Assembly (NCBI GenBank): GCA_034520565.1
Contig: JAXHNL010000002.1
Location: forward strand, 1,408,001 to 1,472,000
Length of the DNA: 64,000 bases
Direction: 5' to 3'
From: Halodesulfurarchaeum sp.
GTDB lineage: Archaea; Halobacteriota; Halobacteria; Halobacteriales; Halobacteriaceae
In this document: one piece after another, positions 49,646 to 60,684 of the stretch
How the letters are laid out: every line of letters starts with the position of its first letter
How positions within the stretch are numbered: the stretch's first letter is position 1
The notes under the pieces: model-generated
What the model was told of the DNA's origin: nothing
What the model saw: only the letters and a program-made list of their open reading frames with translations
Databases searched by the model: none
Translations under genes and position numbers: made by a program

Positions 49646-50620
49646 ACAGACGATTAGGACGACGTTCCTCTTAAAACTTGTACCTGTTAAAATAAACTAT
49701 CTTATTTGGATATACACTGTTGAAAATCGGCGGAATATTAGGTAATATTTTCTTTAATGCATTTCTCTCGTTACGAACACGTTGAATGTGTAAATAAAAA
49801 TTTCCCGAATTTGGATTTTTCATTTTGTTCGGGCGGGCTGCCAGAATTGAAAATTTGGCGTTGCGCTTTGCTGGTCCCCGCTGAAAAGATTCGATCGGTT
49901 CAAACGGCATGTATTGTCTGGATTGGACGGGCAGTAATATACTCTGTCAAATACGCCAGCTGATGTTACTTCTTTACTGAACCGCAATGGAGTGGCTTCC
50001 TTCTTGATGCGGTGGTTGTTTTTGTGGCATATACATACGTTAGAAGCTTGGTTCGATTTGATCCGAAGTGATTTTTCAGTTTGTTTCACTTTCCGCTGGT
50101 GGTGTGGTTTTCGGCTCGATCGTTCGAAATCAGGAAGTTCGATTTCGTGGTAAGTGATGTGGAAAGGACCGGAAATTCGTATCTCCGGCCATACGAGGCA
50201 GAGGAACACGACGTCAGCGTTTCATTTGTGGCTGGGCTGCATACTGGCCGAAATACGAAACATAAACTGTATGCTGCAATACAATTATGGGGGGACGGGT
50301 TGTTTGTCAGATGAATGGGTTCCGTCCACCACGATTGCAAAACTTGCAGTACCTTCGGCATTTCGCCATCACCTGCTGAATTGTCGCTGGCATAGTGGGT
50401 TGTCGGAGATGTTCATGCCACGGTTTTAAAAGCGAAAATTGCGAATCGAGGCTTCTCGTCATCCGAGATCCCTCCTATATATAATGGAAATAATTTAGTG
50501 CTGCTATCTCATTTAACAGTATAAACGTGGCGTTGAGGCCCGATATCCGCATTTTAGGCGCAATCACGCCATCTATATAGAAATCGATTAGTTTACAGGT
50601 AATCGACGTTCAGTGGTCAT
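49646..50620. other. ~1 kb AT-rich non-coding region
   Basis: Visibly lower GC than flanks; no ORF with haloarchaeal composition. Confidence 0.7.
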
Positions 50621-51625
50621 ATGGAACAGCGAAAGGTCCAGCTCACAGGGGGGTCGACGTTCACGATTTCGATTCCAAAGGACTGGGCCCGGGATCACGA
50701 CATCAGTGCCGGCGAGGAGATCGTCTTTCATCCGGATAACGGCTCCCTCCTTTTGACCCATTCCGCTTCGAACGAGCCGACGCGGGGCGAACTCGACATT
50801 TCGGGTCGTGATGGTGACGCGTTGATGCGGGGGGTCATGACGATGTACGTCAGCGGGTTCGACGAAATCGAACTCACCGCTGATCAGATCTCCCCTTCAC
50901 AGCGACGGATAATTCGAGAAGCGACACAGAGCCTCGTCGGGCTGGAAGTTCTCGAGGAGACTGTCGATACAGTCTTGATCCAGGATCTCCTCGATTCTGC
51001 GGAACTCTCGGTTCACAGTGCGGTCGAACGGATGCATCTGATCGCTCGATCGATGCTCGAAGACAGCATACAAGCCCTGAAAGACCACGACATGGACCTT
51101 GCGACGGACGTTATCGCCAGGGACGATGACGTCGATCGGCTCTGGTATGTCGTCTCTCGTATTTTCAGAGGGACGCTTCGCTCACCACAGATGGCCCGTG
51201 AAATCGGTCTCTCGCGGGAGAACTGTTTCGACTATCACTCAAGTGCACGGCAGCTCGAACGAATCGCCGACCACGCGGCGAAGATTAGCCAGTTGACCCT
51301 GGAACTCGATGCAAGCATTCCGGAACCGGTCGTGGATTCGCTCGATTCGCTCTGTACGGCGGCCACGGATATCATCGAAACCGCGGTCGAGGCACTGTTC
51401 GAGACCGAACCAGGGCTTGGAACGGAACTCGCGAACGATGCGAGAACTGGCGTGAGTGAAATCGACGACCAGGCCCGGGTGATCGACGATCAACTGCGAG
51501 AACTCGATCCCACCCGTGCGCGACATCTCGGGTTGATCGTCGACTCGCTCTCCCGAAGCGCCGATTACGGGGGGAACATCGCCGAAACGGCCCTCCAGAA
51601 GGCGGCCCCCGCGCCGGACGTGTAA
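50621..51625 (+). CDS. phoU: PhoU-family regulator with N-terminal AbrB domain
   Basis: RKVQLTGGSTFTISIPK, DDDVDRL, LERIADHA. Confidence 0.92.
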   Translation: MEQRKVQLTGGSTFTISIPKDWARDHDISAGEEIVFHPDNGSLLLTHSASNEPTRGELDISGRDGDALMRGVMTMYVSGFDEIELTADQISPSQRRIIREATQSLVGLEVLEETVDTVLIQDLLDSAELSVHSAVERMHLIARSMLEDSIQALKDHDMDLATDVIARDDDVDRLWYVVSRIFRGTLRSPQMAREIGLSRENCFDYHSSARQLERIADHAAKISQLTLELDASIPEPVVDSLDSLCTAATDIIETAVEALFETEPGLGTELANDARTGVSEIDDQARVIDDQLRELDPTRARHLGLIVDSLSRSADYGGNIAETALQKAAPAPDV

Positions 51626-51668
51626 CGAATCCGTTCTTTTATCCCTCCTGACTGCCAAGTCGCCGCCG

Positions 51669-52640
51669 ATGCGCGACGGATTTCCGGACTACGTCGACGT
51701 CGATTACACAGCAGGCGACGGGGAAACCGCCGCGAGTTACCCCGATATCGAAGCAAAAATCGAGAAAGGAATCGAAGTCGTTCGCCAGGCACTCGAGGAG
51801 TACGAGAACCCCGCCGTCATGTGGACCGGCGGCAAGGACTCGACGCTGACGCTTTATCTGGTTCGGGAGGTGGCGACCGAATTGGGATACGAGATGCCTC
51901 CTGCGGTCTTCATCGACCATTACCAGCATTTCGACGAGTTGATGGATTTCGTCGAACACTGGGCCGAGGAGTGGGATCTTGATGTAATCTGGGCCCGAAA
52001 CGAGGATATCGGCGAAATCGTGGCCGAACGCGGTCTCGAGCCGGGTGACGACATCGAAATTTCGGAACTCTCCGAGCACAACCAGCACCACGTCAGGAAC
52101 ATTCTGGAGTACGAGGAGGAAACGTTTCCCTTCCTGCTGGACACGTACGTCGGTAACCACCTTCTGAAGACCGTTGCCCTGAACGATGCCCTCGAGGAGT
52201 ACGACATCGACGGTGTCATCTCCGGGGTCCGCTGGGACGAACAGGAAGCCCGCGCCGAGGAGACCTTCTTCAGCCCACGCCACGACCCGGACATATACCC
52301 GCCCCACGACCGCATCCAGCCGATTCTCCAGTTCGACGAAGGGGACGTCTGGGACGCCTTCTGGTACTTCGTCGTTCCGGAAACCGTCGCGGCATATCCC
52401 GAGGAGGGATACGTTCCACAGGCCTTCGACGACCTGCCCGAAGGCGTCGAACGCGACGACATTCCCGTCTCGCCGAAGTACTTCGAGGGGTTCCGGTCGC
52501 TTGGAAGCCAGATTAGCACGGAGAAATCCGATCAGGTGCCCGCGTGGTTGCAGGACCTCGAAGGGACGACCGAACGTGCAGGACGCGCCCAAGACAAAGA
52601 GGACCTGATGGAGCGGTTGCGGGACCTCGGCTACATGTAA
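51669..52640 (+). CDS. PAPS reductase family protein
   Basis: WTGGKDS, SGVRWDE, GFRSLG, LRDLGYM. Confidence 0.88.
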   Translation: MRDGFPDYVDVDYTAGDGETAASYPDIEAKIEKGIEVVRQALEEYENPAVMWTGGKDSTLTLYLVREVATELGYEMPPAVFIDHYQHFDELMDFVEHWAEEWDLDVIWARNEDIGEIVAERGLEPGDDIEISELSEHNQHHVRNILEYEEETFPFLLDTYVGNHLLKTVALNDALEEYDIDGVISGVRWDEQEARAEETFFSPRHDPDIYPPHDRIQPILQFDEGDVWDAFWYFVVPETVAAYPEEGYVPQAFDDLPEGVERDDIPVSPKYFEGFRSLGSQISTEKSDQVPAWLQDLEGTTERAGRAQDKEDLMERLRDLGYM

Positions 52641-52683
52641 TATCGGCTTTTTGAACCGCTACGGCCGAATTAGAGCAAATCGC

Positions 52684-53503
52684 TCAGTTCCAGGGCGCAA
52701 AGCCCGGATCGACCTGTCGGTCGGTTCGCGAAATCCCGTCGATTTTCTCGATGTCTTCGGGATCGAGTTCGAGTTCGAGACTCGCCCAGTTGTCCGCGAT
52801 ATGGGCTCTGGACGTGGCTTTTGGAATCGCAGTGACGCCTTTTTCGGCCAGCCACGCGAGACTGATCTGTGCCTCGCTCACGTCGTGTTTCTCGGCGACG
52901 GCGGAGATTTCTGGAACGTCGAAAACCGCGCCTCGGGCGAGCGGCGAGTAGGCGACCAGTTCGGTTTCGGACTCGGCCATTGCCTCCCGGAGTTCCGCCT
53001 GAGGCAAAAGCGGGTGCATTTCGACCTGATTTGCGAAGGGGAATTCGCCGAGGACCTTCCGAACGGTCTCCAGATGGCGCGGTTCGAAGTTGCTCACGCC
53101 GATATGGTCGATCAGACCGTCCTCCCGAAGTTCTGCGAAGGCCGGTACGGTTGCCTCCGGTTCGTAGGCGTCTGCGGGCCAGTGAACGTACAGAAGGTCG
53201 ACGAAGTCCACACCGAGTTTTCCGAGACTCTCCCGGGTCGTTCGGTGAACTGCCTCGGGAGCGAGACTGTCGATCGCAGACTTTCGTCGCGAGAAATACC
53301 TCCTCGCGGTCGACGGCCGCGGCGGCGATGCCGCGCCCGACGGCTGCTTCGTTGCCGTACGCCTGTGCCGTATCGACGTGTCGATAGCCCATCTCCAGGG
53401 CTGTTTTGACGGCGTTCTTGCAGGCTGCTGGATCGGTGTTCTCCCAGGTACCAATACCCAATCGGGGAATGTCCGCTGCCGTTTTCGGGGCCGAGGTTGG
53501 CAT
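52684..53503 (-). CDS. Aldo/keto reductase (indel near 53277)
   Basis: GYRHVDTAQAYGNE, LATKV; then DLLYVHWP, IGVSNF, AYSPL, IPKA in second frame. Confidence 0.88.
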
Positions 53504-53575
53504 ATTTCGGGCTACGGTTGGATGCCAAAAAACCGTTGGGTCAGTGATTCCGTCCCGGACGGCTGGGGTCGTGAT

Positions 53576-54945
53576 TCAGTACTTCGGCTCGGCGCCGGTG
53601 AGTTCGTAGACGCGGTCGTAAATCTCGTCACGACGCCGTTTGCCACTCCTCGAACCCGTCCGGGCTCGTTGGATAGTCCTCGTATACGTCTTTGAGGTCG
53701 AGGGCTTGCTGGTGGACTCGATAGAGGCCGAAAAGTGTGCTCCAGTGGCCGAACGTCCGACGAAGGGTGTCGAGTTTGAGGCCGAAAGACATCCCTGCGG
53801 CTCCCTTACCGAGCGCGTCGATAAGAGCCTGTCCGGGAAGGGCTGTCACGACCCCGGTCAATTCGTCGACTTCGTGAGTGCCCGCCCAGATATTGTAGAG
53901 ATCGATCGCGGCAAACCGCTTCCCGAAATCCGTCATGACCTTTCGATTGTACTCCCAGAGGGCTTCCTCGCTCACGTCACCGTTCTCGATACCTTCGATC
54001 GCCGCTTCTGCGGCCCAGTGTGCGGCTTTTGCGGCCCCCGGAATGCCACCTCCGGTCGCCGGGTTGACGTGGGCGGCAGCGTCTCCGACCGCGGCATAGC
54101 CCGGTGCGACGGCGGCAATCGTCAGGGCGTCGAGTCGGTAGCGCGGCCCCGAGTTTGTCGACGACTTCGGCGTTTTCGAACTCCTCGCGGGTGCGGACGT
54201 CCTCGTCGAGGTGATCGACCAGTTTCATCGGCGGCTTGTTCATCTGGAACCCGAGGCCGGCGTTTACCGTCGTTTCCGAGCGGGGGAAATACCAGAGGTA
54301 GCCGAGTTCGGCCGTCGGCATGAAGACGATCGAGTCGTCGTATTCGACCGGCTCCTCGACTTCGATGATCTCGCGGTAGGCCGAACAGTACTGCTTGTAG
54401 TGGACGTTCGTATCGAAGGTACTCCCGGAGAAATCCACCGCGTCCTGCAGGATGGACATCGCTCCGGCGGCGTCGATGGTGACGTCCGCTTTGAAGGTAT
54501 TGGTCTCGCCGTTTTTCGAACTCGTGACGCCGACGACCTGTCCGTCATCTTGCAACACGTCCTGGACGACGTGACCGTACCTGATGTCGACGCCGAGGCG
54601 GTCGGCTTCCTCGAGGAGGACCTCCCCGTAGCGTCTTCGGTCGACGACGGCTCCGGGTTCCTCGAACGGAATCTCGAGGATTTCGCCTGTCTGGGGGTTC
54701 TCGAAGCGGGCGTACTGGATGTTCTCGTTCGTGAAGGCTTCGTCTTTGAGGTACTCGCGATCGATGACGTCCGGAAACGTGGACTTGCCCTTGATCGCGT
54801 CGCCACAGGCGATGTGGCCCGCCTCGGATTCGGGTTTGCGCTCGAGGAGGACCACCTCGAGATCCGCGTCCGCAATCGTCGCGGCGGCGAAGGTTCCGGC
54901 GGTTCCTCCGCCGACGACGATCACGTCGTGGGACTCCGTGGGCAT
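53576..54945 (-). CDS. Geranylgeranyl reductase family flavoprotein (indels near 54117 and 53635)
   Basis: VGGGTAG, ACGDA, YLWYFP; shifted frame gives VGDAAAHVNPATGGGI. Confidence 0.85.
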
Positions 54946-55042
54946 TTGTACGTCACTCTCAGTCGGCGGGTCCTAAAAAACTCGCGGGACGGGCCCGGAT
55001 CGCCCCTTTTCGGCCGGCGATTTTCGTCGCTTTTCCCGGAAC

Positions 55043-55615
55043 TCAATCCGAAACGTCGTACTTGTACGTCGCCGTCTCCGGATCGATGCCGAAGTCTTCG
55101 GGGCGCTCTTCCGGTTCGGCGTCCTCGTCTTCAGCGGTTCCGAAGCGATGTCTGAGCCGTCTGGGAACGTGAAAGTCCTCGATATCGACGACTGCGGGCA
55201 TCGCGTCGGGATGAGTCTCCCGAATCGCTTTGTGGCGGTTCTGTAGTGCCGGCGGAAGCGTTTCCGGATCGACCGGCTCGAAGCCGAACTGTTCGAGGTA
55301 CGACGGGGCCGGGGAGAGTGCATAGACCCATTCGAACCCCTCGTTACGGGCCGTTTCCAGCAGGCGCTCCAGGATGTGGGCGCCCGCGCCGTTCCCGCGA
55401 AAGTCCTCGAGAACGCCCAGGTTCGTTACTTCACAGACTTCACCGTCCTCGGTCCGGTGAACGCGAAGCCGCCCGAACCCCTTTTTTTCTCGGGGATGTT
55501 CGTCGATAGCGAGGACGTAGTCGCGGGACCGAAACGCGGCGTCCTCGAAGCCGAATTCCTCGAGGCGGTCGAGGAGCCAGACTTCCTCGCGATTTTTCGC
55601 GTCCCGAACGTACAT
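55043..55615 (-). CDS. GNAT-family acetyltransferase
   Basis: GVLEDFRGNGAG acetyl-CoA motif, YLEQFGF. Confidence 0.85.
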   Translation of the reverse strand: MYVRDAKNREEVWLLDRLEEFGFEDAAFRSRDYVLAIDEHPREKKGFGRLRVHRTEDGEVCEVTNLGVLEDFRGNGAGAHILERLLETARNEGFEWVYALSPAPSYLEQFGFEPVDPETLPPALQNRHKAIRETHPDAMPAVVDIEDFHVPRRLRHRFGTAEDEDAEPEERPEDFGIDPETATYKYDVSD

Positions 55616-55663
55616 GCTATGAGACTGGGCGGCACGGGCAAAATGGTTTGTGGGCCGGTTGGA

Positions 55664-56824
55664 CTACAGTGACTGGCGGATCCGATCGAAAAAGCCCTCG
55701 CTCACGTCCACCGCTTCGCCGCCGGCCTCCGCGAACTCCTGGAGCGCTTCCCGTTGTTCCTGGGTCAGGTCTTCGGGTGTAACGACCTGGAGGTGGACGT
55801 ACAGATCCCCACGGCCACGCCCTCTGAGGTGTGGAATCCCCTCGTCTCGCAGGCGGAGCGTCTCGCCGCTCTGGGTCCCCTTGGGAACGTCGACCTCGAG
55901 GCTCCCCTCGATCGTTTCGACCGTAATGGTGTCGCCGAAGACCGCCTGGGGGAACGAGATGGGAACCTGTGTGTGCAGATCGTCGCCGTCCCGTTCGTAA
56001 TCCGGGTGGTCCTCGACCGTGACTTCGATGAGTAAATCGCCGTTCGGAGCACCCTGGTCCCCTGGCGCGCCTTCGCCGTCCATTCGGAGGGTCTGACCGT
56101 CCCGGATGCCCGCCGGAATGTCTACGGAGAGGGTCGCCCGCTGTCGTGCGGTCCCGTCGCCACCGCAGTTCGAACATTCCTCTTCGTAGATCTCGCCCCT
56201 GCCCTCACAGCGTGGACAGGTCCGTGTCTGTTGGACCCGTCCCAGCGCAGTCCGCCGTACTTCTCGGACCTGTCCGTGCCCACTGCATTCGGGGCAGGTG
56301 CGGGCGTCGGCGTCTTCCGGATGGCCGCTCCCACCACAGACCGAACAGGTCTCCGGACGGGTGACCGTGACTTGCTTTTTGGCGCCTTTTGCGGCCGCTT
56401 CGAGGTCGATTCGAAGCGACGTCCGCAAGTCGCGGCCGCTCGAGGGACGCTGACGTGACCGGGTTTGCCCGCGGCCGCCACCGAAAAACTGGTCGAATAT
56501 ATCGCCGATGTCTCCCATGCCGCCGAACGGGTCGCCGCCGGGTCGACGTCCGCCCCGGGCGCCACCGCGACGGCCGGTGTCGGTGGCTCCCTGCTTGTCG
56601 GCCTGCATGAACTGATCGTGGCCGAGCTGATCGTACATCCGCCGTTTCTCCTCGTCCGTGAGGACTTCCTTGGCCTTTTGCAGCTTTTTGAAGTGTTCCT
56701 CGGCGTTTTCGTCGTCGCTGACGTCGGGGTGATTCTTGGCGGCCTGCTGTCGGTAGGCGCGCTTGATCTCCTCCTCGCTCGCGTCGCGAGACACCCCGAG
56801 CAACGAATAGAAATCCTCACTCAT
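55664..56824 (-). CDS. dnaJ: Chaperone DnaJ
   Basis: HPD motif, G/F-rich region, four CxxCxGxG repeats. Confidence 0.97.
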   Translation of the reverse strand: MSEDFYSLLGVSRDASEEEIKRAYRQQAAKNHPDVSDDENAEEHFKKLQKAKEVLTDEEKRRMYDQLGHDQFMQADKQGATDTGRRGGARGGRRPGGDPFGGMGDIGDIFDQFFGGGRGQTRSRQRPSSGRDLRTSLRIDLEAAAKGAKKQVTVTRPETCSVCGGSGHPEDADARTCPECSGHGQVREVRRTALGRVQQTRTCPRCEGRGEIYEEECSNCGGDGTARQRATLSVDIPAGIRDGQTLRMDGEGAPGDQGAPNGDLLIEVTVEDHPDYERDGDDLHTQVPISFPQAVFGDTITVETIEGSLEVDVPKGTQSGETLRLRDEGIPHLRGRGRGDLYVHLQVVTPEDLTQEQREALQEFAEAGGEAVDVSEGFFDRIRQSL

Positions 56825-56911
56825 CTGCTCGAATCCGGGTAGCGGAGACACGTACTTGATCTTGTTGCATCAGTGCACGACCGAAAACTGGCGTGACTCG
56901 CAGGTTCGCCG

Positions 56912-58810
56912 TTATTCCTCGTCTTCGTCGTCGACGTCCTCGAAGTTGGCGTCGACGTACTCCTCGCCGGCCTCCGCCCCGGCCGCGCCGCCAGGTCCGG
57001 CCGCTCCGGCAGCTCCTGGTCCAGCGCCGGGTCCGGCACCGGCGGCCCCTGCGGCGCCAGCCGCCCCCTCAGCCTGCTGGTAGGCCTGCTTGCCGATCTC
57101 CTGGAGGGTCTCGGTGAGTCCCTCGGTCGCCTCCGTGAGTTCTTCGGCGGTCGCGTCCTCGTCCTCGAGTACCTCCTCGACGGTCTCGATCTCGACTTGA
57201 ATCTCGGACTCGAGTTCCTCGTCGACCATCTCCTCGTTCTCCTCGAGCAGGGTCTCGGCCCGCTGCACGGCGCTTTCGGCCTCGTTTCGGGCCTCGATGC
57301 GCTCGCGGCGCTTGCGGTCCTCTTCGGCGTGGGCCTCGGCTTCCTCCTTCATCTCCTCTATCTCCTCGTCGGAGAGACCGACGCCGCCCTCGATGGTGAT
57401 TTCTTCCTTCTCGCCGGAGCCCTGGTCCTCGGCGGACACGTTGACGATCCCGTTCGAGTCGATCGAGAAGGTGACCTCGATCTGTGGCGTTCCGGCCGGG
57501 GCCGGCGGGATGCCAGTCAGCATGAATTCACCGAGCAACTCGTTTTCCTCGGCGATCTCGCGCTCGCCCTGGAAGACCCGGATCTGGACGGAGGTCTGAT
57601 TAGGCGCGGCCGTCGTGAAGATCTTTGACTCCTCTGTGGGAATGGTCGTGTTCTTCTCGATCAGGCGCTCGAACAGTCCGCCCTTGACTTCCACGCCCAG
57701 TGAGAGCGGCGTGACGTCGAGGAGGACGATGTCCTCGACCTCACCCGCGAGCACGCCACCCTGGATCGCCGCGCCGAGGGCGACGGCCTCGTCTGGATTG
57801 ACGTTCTTCTTCGGTGCCTGGCCGGTGAGCTCCTCGACTTTTTCCTGAACCTGTGGCATTCGGGTCGACCCGCCGACGAGAATGACCTCGTCGATGTCGC
57901 TTTTCGACAGGTCTGCGTCTTCGAGTGCCTGCTCGGTCGGATCGACGGTCCGTTCGAGGAGATCCTGCGTGAGCGATTCGAACTTCGCCCGAGTGAGATC
58001 CCGTTCGAGGTGGACGGGACCGTCGTCGGTCGCCGTGATGAACGGGAGGTTGATCGTCGTCTCCTTCCGGGAGGTGAGTTCGATCTTCGCCTCCTCGGCG
58101 GCGTCTTTCAGCCGCTGGAGGGCCTGCCGATCCTCGCGGAGGTCGATTCCGTGCTCGTTCTCGAAGTTGTTGGCGAGCCAGTCGATGATGGCTTCGTCCC
58201 AGTCGTCCCCGCCGAGGGTGTTGTCACCGTTCGTGGCGACCACTTCGTAGATACCGCCACCGAGTTCGAGAATGGAGACGTCGAAGGTGCCACCGCCGAG
58301 GTCGAAGACGAGCACCGTCTGCTCGGATTCGTCGTCGAGGCCGTAGGCCATGCTGGCGGCCGTGGGCTCGTTGACGATCCGCTCGACGTCGAGGCCGGCG
58401 ATCTCGCCGGCGTCCTTGGTCGCCTGGCGCTGTTTGTCGTTGAAGTACGCGGGGACGGTAATGACCGCCTTTTCGACGTCCTGATCGAGGTACTCCTCGG
58501 CGTCCCGCTTGATCTTCTGCAGGATCATCGCGGAGACCTGCTCCGGGCTGTATTCCTCGCCGTCGAGTTCCACGGTGTAGTCCTCGCCCATGTGGCGCTT
58601 GATGGACTGCACCGTGTTCTCCGGGTTCTGCACGGCCTGGTTCTTGGCTGCCTTGCCGACGATCTTCTCGCCGTCGTCGAACGCGACGACCGATGGAGTC
58701 GTCCGGTCTCCTTCGCCGTTGACGATGATTTCCGGGTCACCGCCTTCCATGATTGCAAAGGCGCTGTTCGTGGTCCCGAGGTCGATTCCGAGAATTTTCT
58801 CAGTGGCCAT
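56912..58810 (-). CDS. dnaK: Chaperone DnaK
   Basis: [23 protein letters not shown]. Confidence 0.98.
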   Translation of the reverse strand: MATEKILGIDLGTTNSAFAIMEGGDPEIIVNGEGDRTTPSVVAFDDGEKIVGKAAKNQAVQNPENTVQSIKRHMGEDYTVELDGEEYSPEQVSAMILQKIKRDAEEYLDQDVEKAVITVPAYFNDKQRQATKDAGEIAGLDVERIVNEPTAASMAYGLDDESEQTVLVFDLGGGTFDVSILELGGGIYEVVATNGDNTLGGDDWDEAIIDWLANNFENEHGIDLREDRQALQRLKDAAEEAKIELTSRKETTINLPFITATDDGPVHLERDLTRAKFESLTQDLLERTVDPTEQALEDADLSKSDIDEVILVGGSTRMPQVQEKVEELTGQAPKKNVNPDEAVALGAAIQGGVLAGEVEDIVLLDVTPLSLGVEVKGGLFERLIEKNTTIPTEESKIFTTAAPNQTSVQIRVFQGEREIAEENELLGEFMLTGIPPAPAGTPQIEVTFSIDSNGIVNVSAEDQGSGEKEEITIEGGVGLSDEEIEEMKEEAEAHAEEDRKRRERIEARNEAESAVQRAETLLEENEEMVDEELESEIQVEIETVEEVLEDEDATAEELTEATEGLTETLQEIGKQAYQQAEGAAGAAGAAGAGPGAGPGAAGAAGPGGAAGAEAGEEYVDANFEDVDDEDEE

Positions 58811-58987
58811 CTTGGGTGGTTGTATACCTTCTTTGCCCTTTAAGCCTTGCTAGTGCGACGTGTGAGCGAAACTCACTCCCTCGCCGCAGTCATGTGGTTT
58901 TAAAAATCGGGAACCACCCTGGCCACAGGATATAAGCGGACCGCAATGTCACCAGCCATCTCCCCGGTCTGGGGTACTGACGGTGAG

Positions 58988-59698
58988 TTACGCGCCTGAC
59001 GCCGAACCCGACTTCGGTCCCTGTGAATCGCCGTCAGTCTCGGCTTCGTCCTCTGCCGGTTCCCCGGCGGCCGCGGATTCGGTATTCGTCTCAGAATCGG
59101 ATTCCTCCTCTGTTCCCTCGGCGACCGTGACCTGGGCCGGTCGGAGGATTTTGCCGGCCATTTCGTAGCCCGGGCGGTATACAGAGTCGATCGTGTCCGC
59201 CGGCTTTTCGCTCTCGACTCGCATCATCACTTCGTGGCGGTTCGCGTCGACCTCGGTTCCCGGGTCGGGGTCGAGACGCTCGACGTTCTCCTCGTCGAAG
59301 ACCCGATCGAACTGCTTTCTGGTGAGTTCGACGCCCTCCCGCAGCGAATCGACGTCCCCGGATTCGTCCTCGAGGGCACGGCCGAGATTGTCCCGAACCT
59401 CGAGCAGTCGCTCGATCAAGTCCTCGGTCGCCCGCTCGCGGATCTCATCCTGTCGGCGCTTGGCCCGCTCCTTGTAGTTCCTGAAATCCGCGCGGGTGTG
59501 TTCGAGCCGCTCTTCGACGGTCTCCAGTTCGTTCTCGAGGGATTCGACCTCGGCCTCCAGTTGGTCGAACTCGTCGAGTCGGTCCCCGACCGTCGTTGCA
59601 AGCTCCTCGTCGAGGGACGCGATTTCGGCGAGCAGCTGTGTGTCCCCCGTGGTCGCTTCCTCCGGTGGCTCCTCGGGGGACTCCTCGGTATCGCTCAT
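58988..59698 (-). CDS. grpE: Nucleotide exchange factor GrpE
   Basis: ADFRNYKER, DNLGRAL, GYEMAGKILRPAQVTV; upstream of dnaK. Confidence 0.95.
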   Translation of the reverse strand: MSDTEESPEEPPEEATTGDTQLLAEIASLDEELATTVGDRLDEFDQLEAEVESLENELETVEERLEHTRADFRNYKERAKRRQDEIRERATEDLIERLLEVRDNLGRALEDESGDVDSLREGVELTRKQFDRVFDEENVERLDPDPGTEVDANRHEVMMRVESEKPADTIDSVYRPGYEMAGKILRPAQVTVAEGTEEESDSETNTESAAAGEPAEDEAETDGDSQGPKSGSASGA

Positions 59699-59776
59699 GG
59701 AGGGGAGAAACCGCTGGCGCCGTTTAAGCGTATAGAATTGGCGATGCACCTGGGCATCAATCCCTGTCCTGACCGG

Positions 59777-60124
59777 TCACTCCCTCGGCTCGACACTCGT
59801 CTTCATGCTGAACGTGCTGACGTTCTCGTAGGCGACGTCGTATCCGATCTCGATCTCGCTCGTCTCGTGTGGTTCGAGTGTCACTTCCCTGACCCTGACG
59901 AGTGAGTCGTCGTTGACCTCGGTCCGCACGTAGACCGTTCCCGTCTGGCGCTCGTTGCCAGGATTCGAAATCGTGACCCACACCGTTAGGTTCCCGTTCG
60001 GCCCGGGGCCGAAGTCCCGATGGACATCGCGGAGCTGGAATTCGGGCTCCGGGTCCGAGAGACAGCCGGCTGTCAGGCCGAGAGCGAGGGCCCCGGCAGC
60101 GCGTAGCACGCATCGACGCTCCAT
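59777..60124 (-). CDS. Predicted Tat lipoprotein (Ig-like)
   Basis: MERRCVL twin-arginine and TAGC lipobox. Confidence 0.75.
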   Translation of the reverse strand: MERRCVLRAAGALALGLTAGCLSDPEPEFQLRDVHRDFGPGPNGNLTVWVTISNPGNERQTGTVYVRTEVNDDSLVRVREVTLEPHETSEIEIGYDVAYENVSTFSMKTSVEPRE

Positions 60125-60162
60125 CGTCGGATCGTTCGGGCAGGGTGCCGAAATACGTTTCC

Positions 60163-60684
60163 TCATCGAAATACACGGCGGCGTCCCTTCGGTATCATCG
60201 ATTGCAGCGTCCCGTAGGTATACAGGCCCACTCCGATCGGTTCCGGGTCTCCCGCGAGGTCGTGGCTGACGATCAGGTACCCCCAGTCGCCGTGCCAGTC
60301 GAGGTCCTGATCCTCGCCGGCGATGAATCGGTTCGCCGCATCGGGTTCGAGGTGAATGACGTTTTTCGATGCCGTCGAGCCGAACCGTCTGGCCGCATCG
60401 GTGGTCGGTTTCCAGAACTCCTGGCGGGTCCTGAGGATGGGGAGTCCGAGGGCTTCGATCTGCACCGGGCCCGACAGCTCGTGACTCAACGCCCAGATAC
60501 GTCCCGCACCTTTCTCCCAGAAACTGACGCCCTCGAATGAATCCGCTGGAACCTCGAACCGGTCGATCCAGTAGCCGACGACCGCCGTCCGAGTTGGTCG
60601 GTTTGCCACCTCGCGGGCCGAGTCCGTCGCCGGCAGGCGCTCGAACGTGTCGCTCCTGTTATCGACCGTGGACTTTTCGGTCAT
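60163..60684 (-). CDS. Conserved protein coupled to the m5C methyltransferase (Nip7/PUA-like)
   Basis: FWEKGAGRIW, WKPTT, LQSMIPK; 4-bp overlap with upstream gene. Confidence 0.7.
   Translation of the reverse strand: MTEKSTVDNRSDTFERLPATDSAREVANRPTRTAVVGYWIDRFEVPADSFEGVSFWEKGAGRIWALSHELSGPVQIEALGLPILRTRQEFWKPTTDAARRFGSTASKNVIHLEPDAANRFIAGEDQDLDWHGDWGYLIVSHDLAGDPEPIGVGLYTYGTLQSMIPKGRRRVFR

Noticed and set aside
23211-54945. Programmed frameshifting or pseudogenes in hisC, acd, GGR, aldo/keto reductase
   Set aside because: No shared slippery motif, mixed directions and compensating pairs; sequencing error is more parsimonious
56960-57075. GC-rich short repeats at the dnaK 3' end
   Set aside because: Encode the ordinary Gly/Ala/Pro low-complexity tail of DnaK
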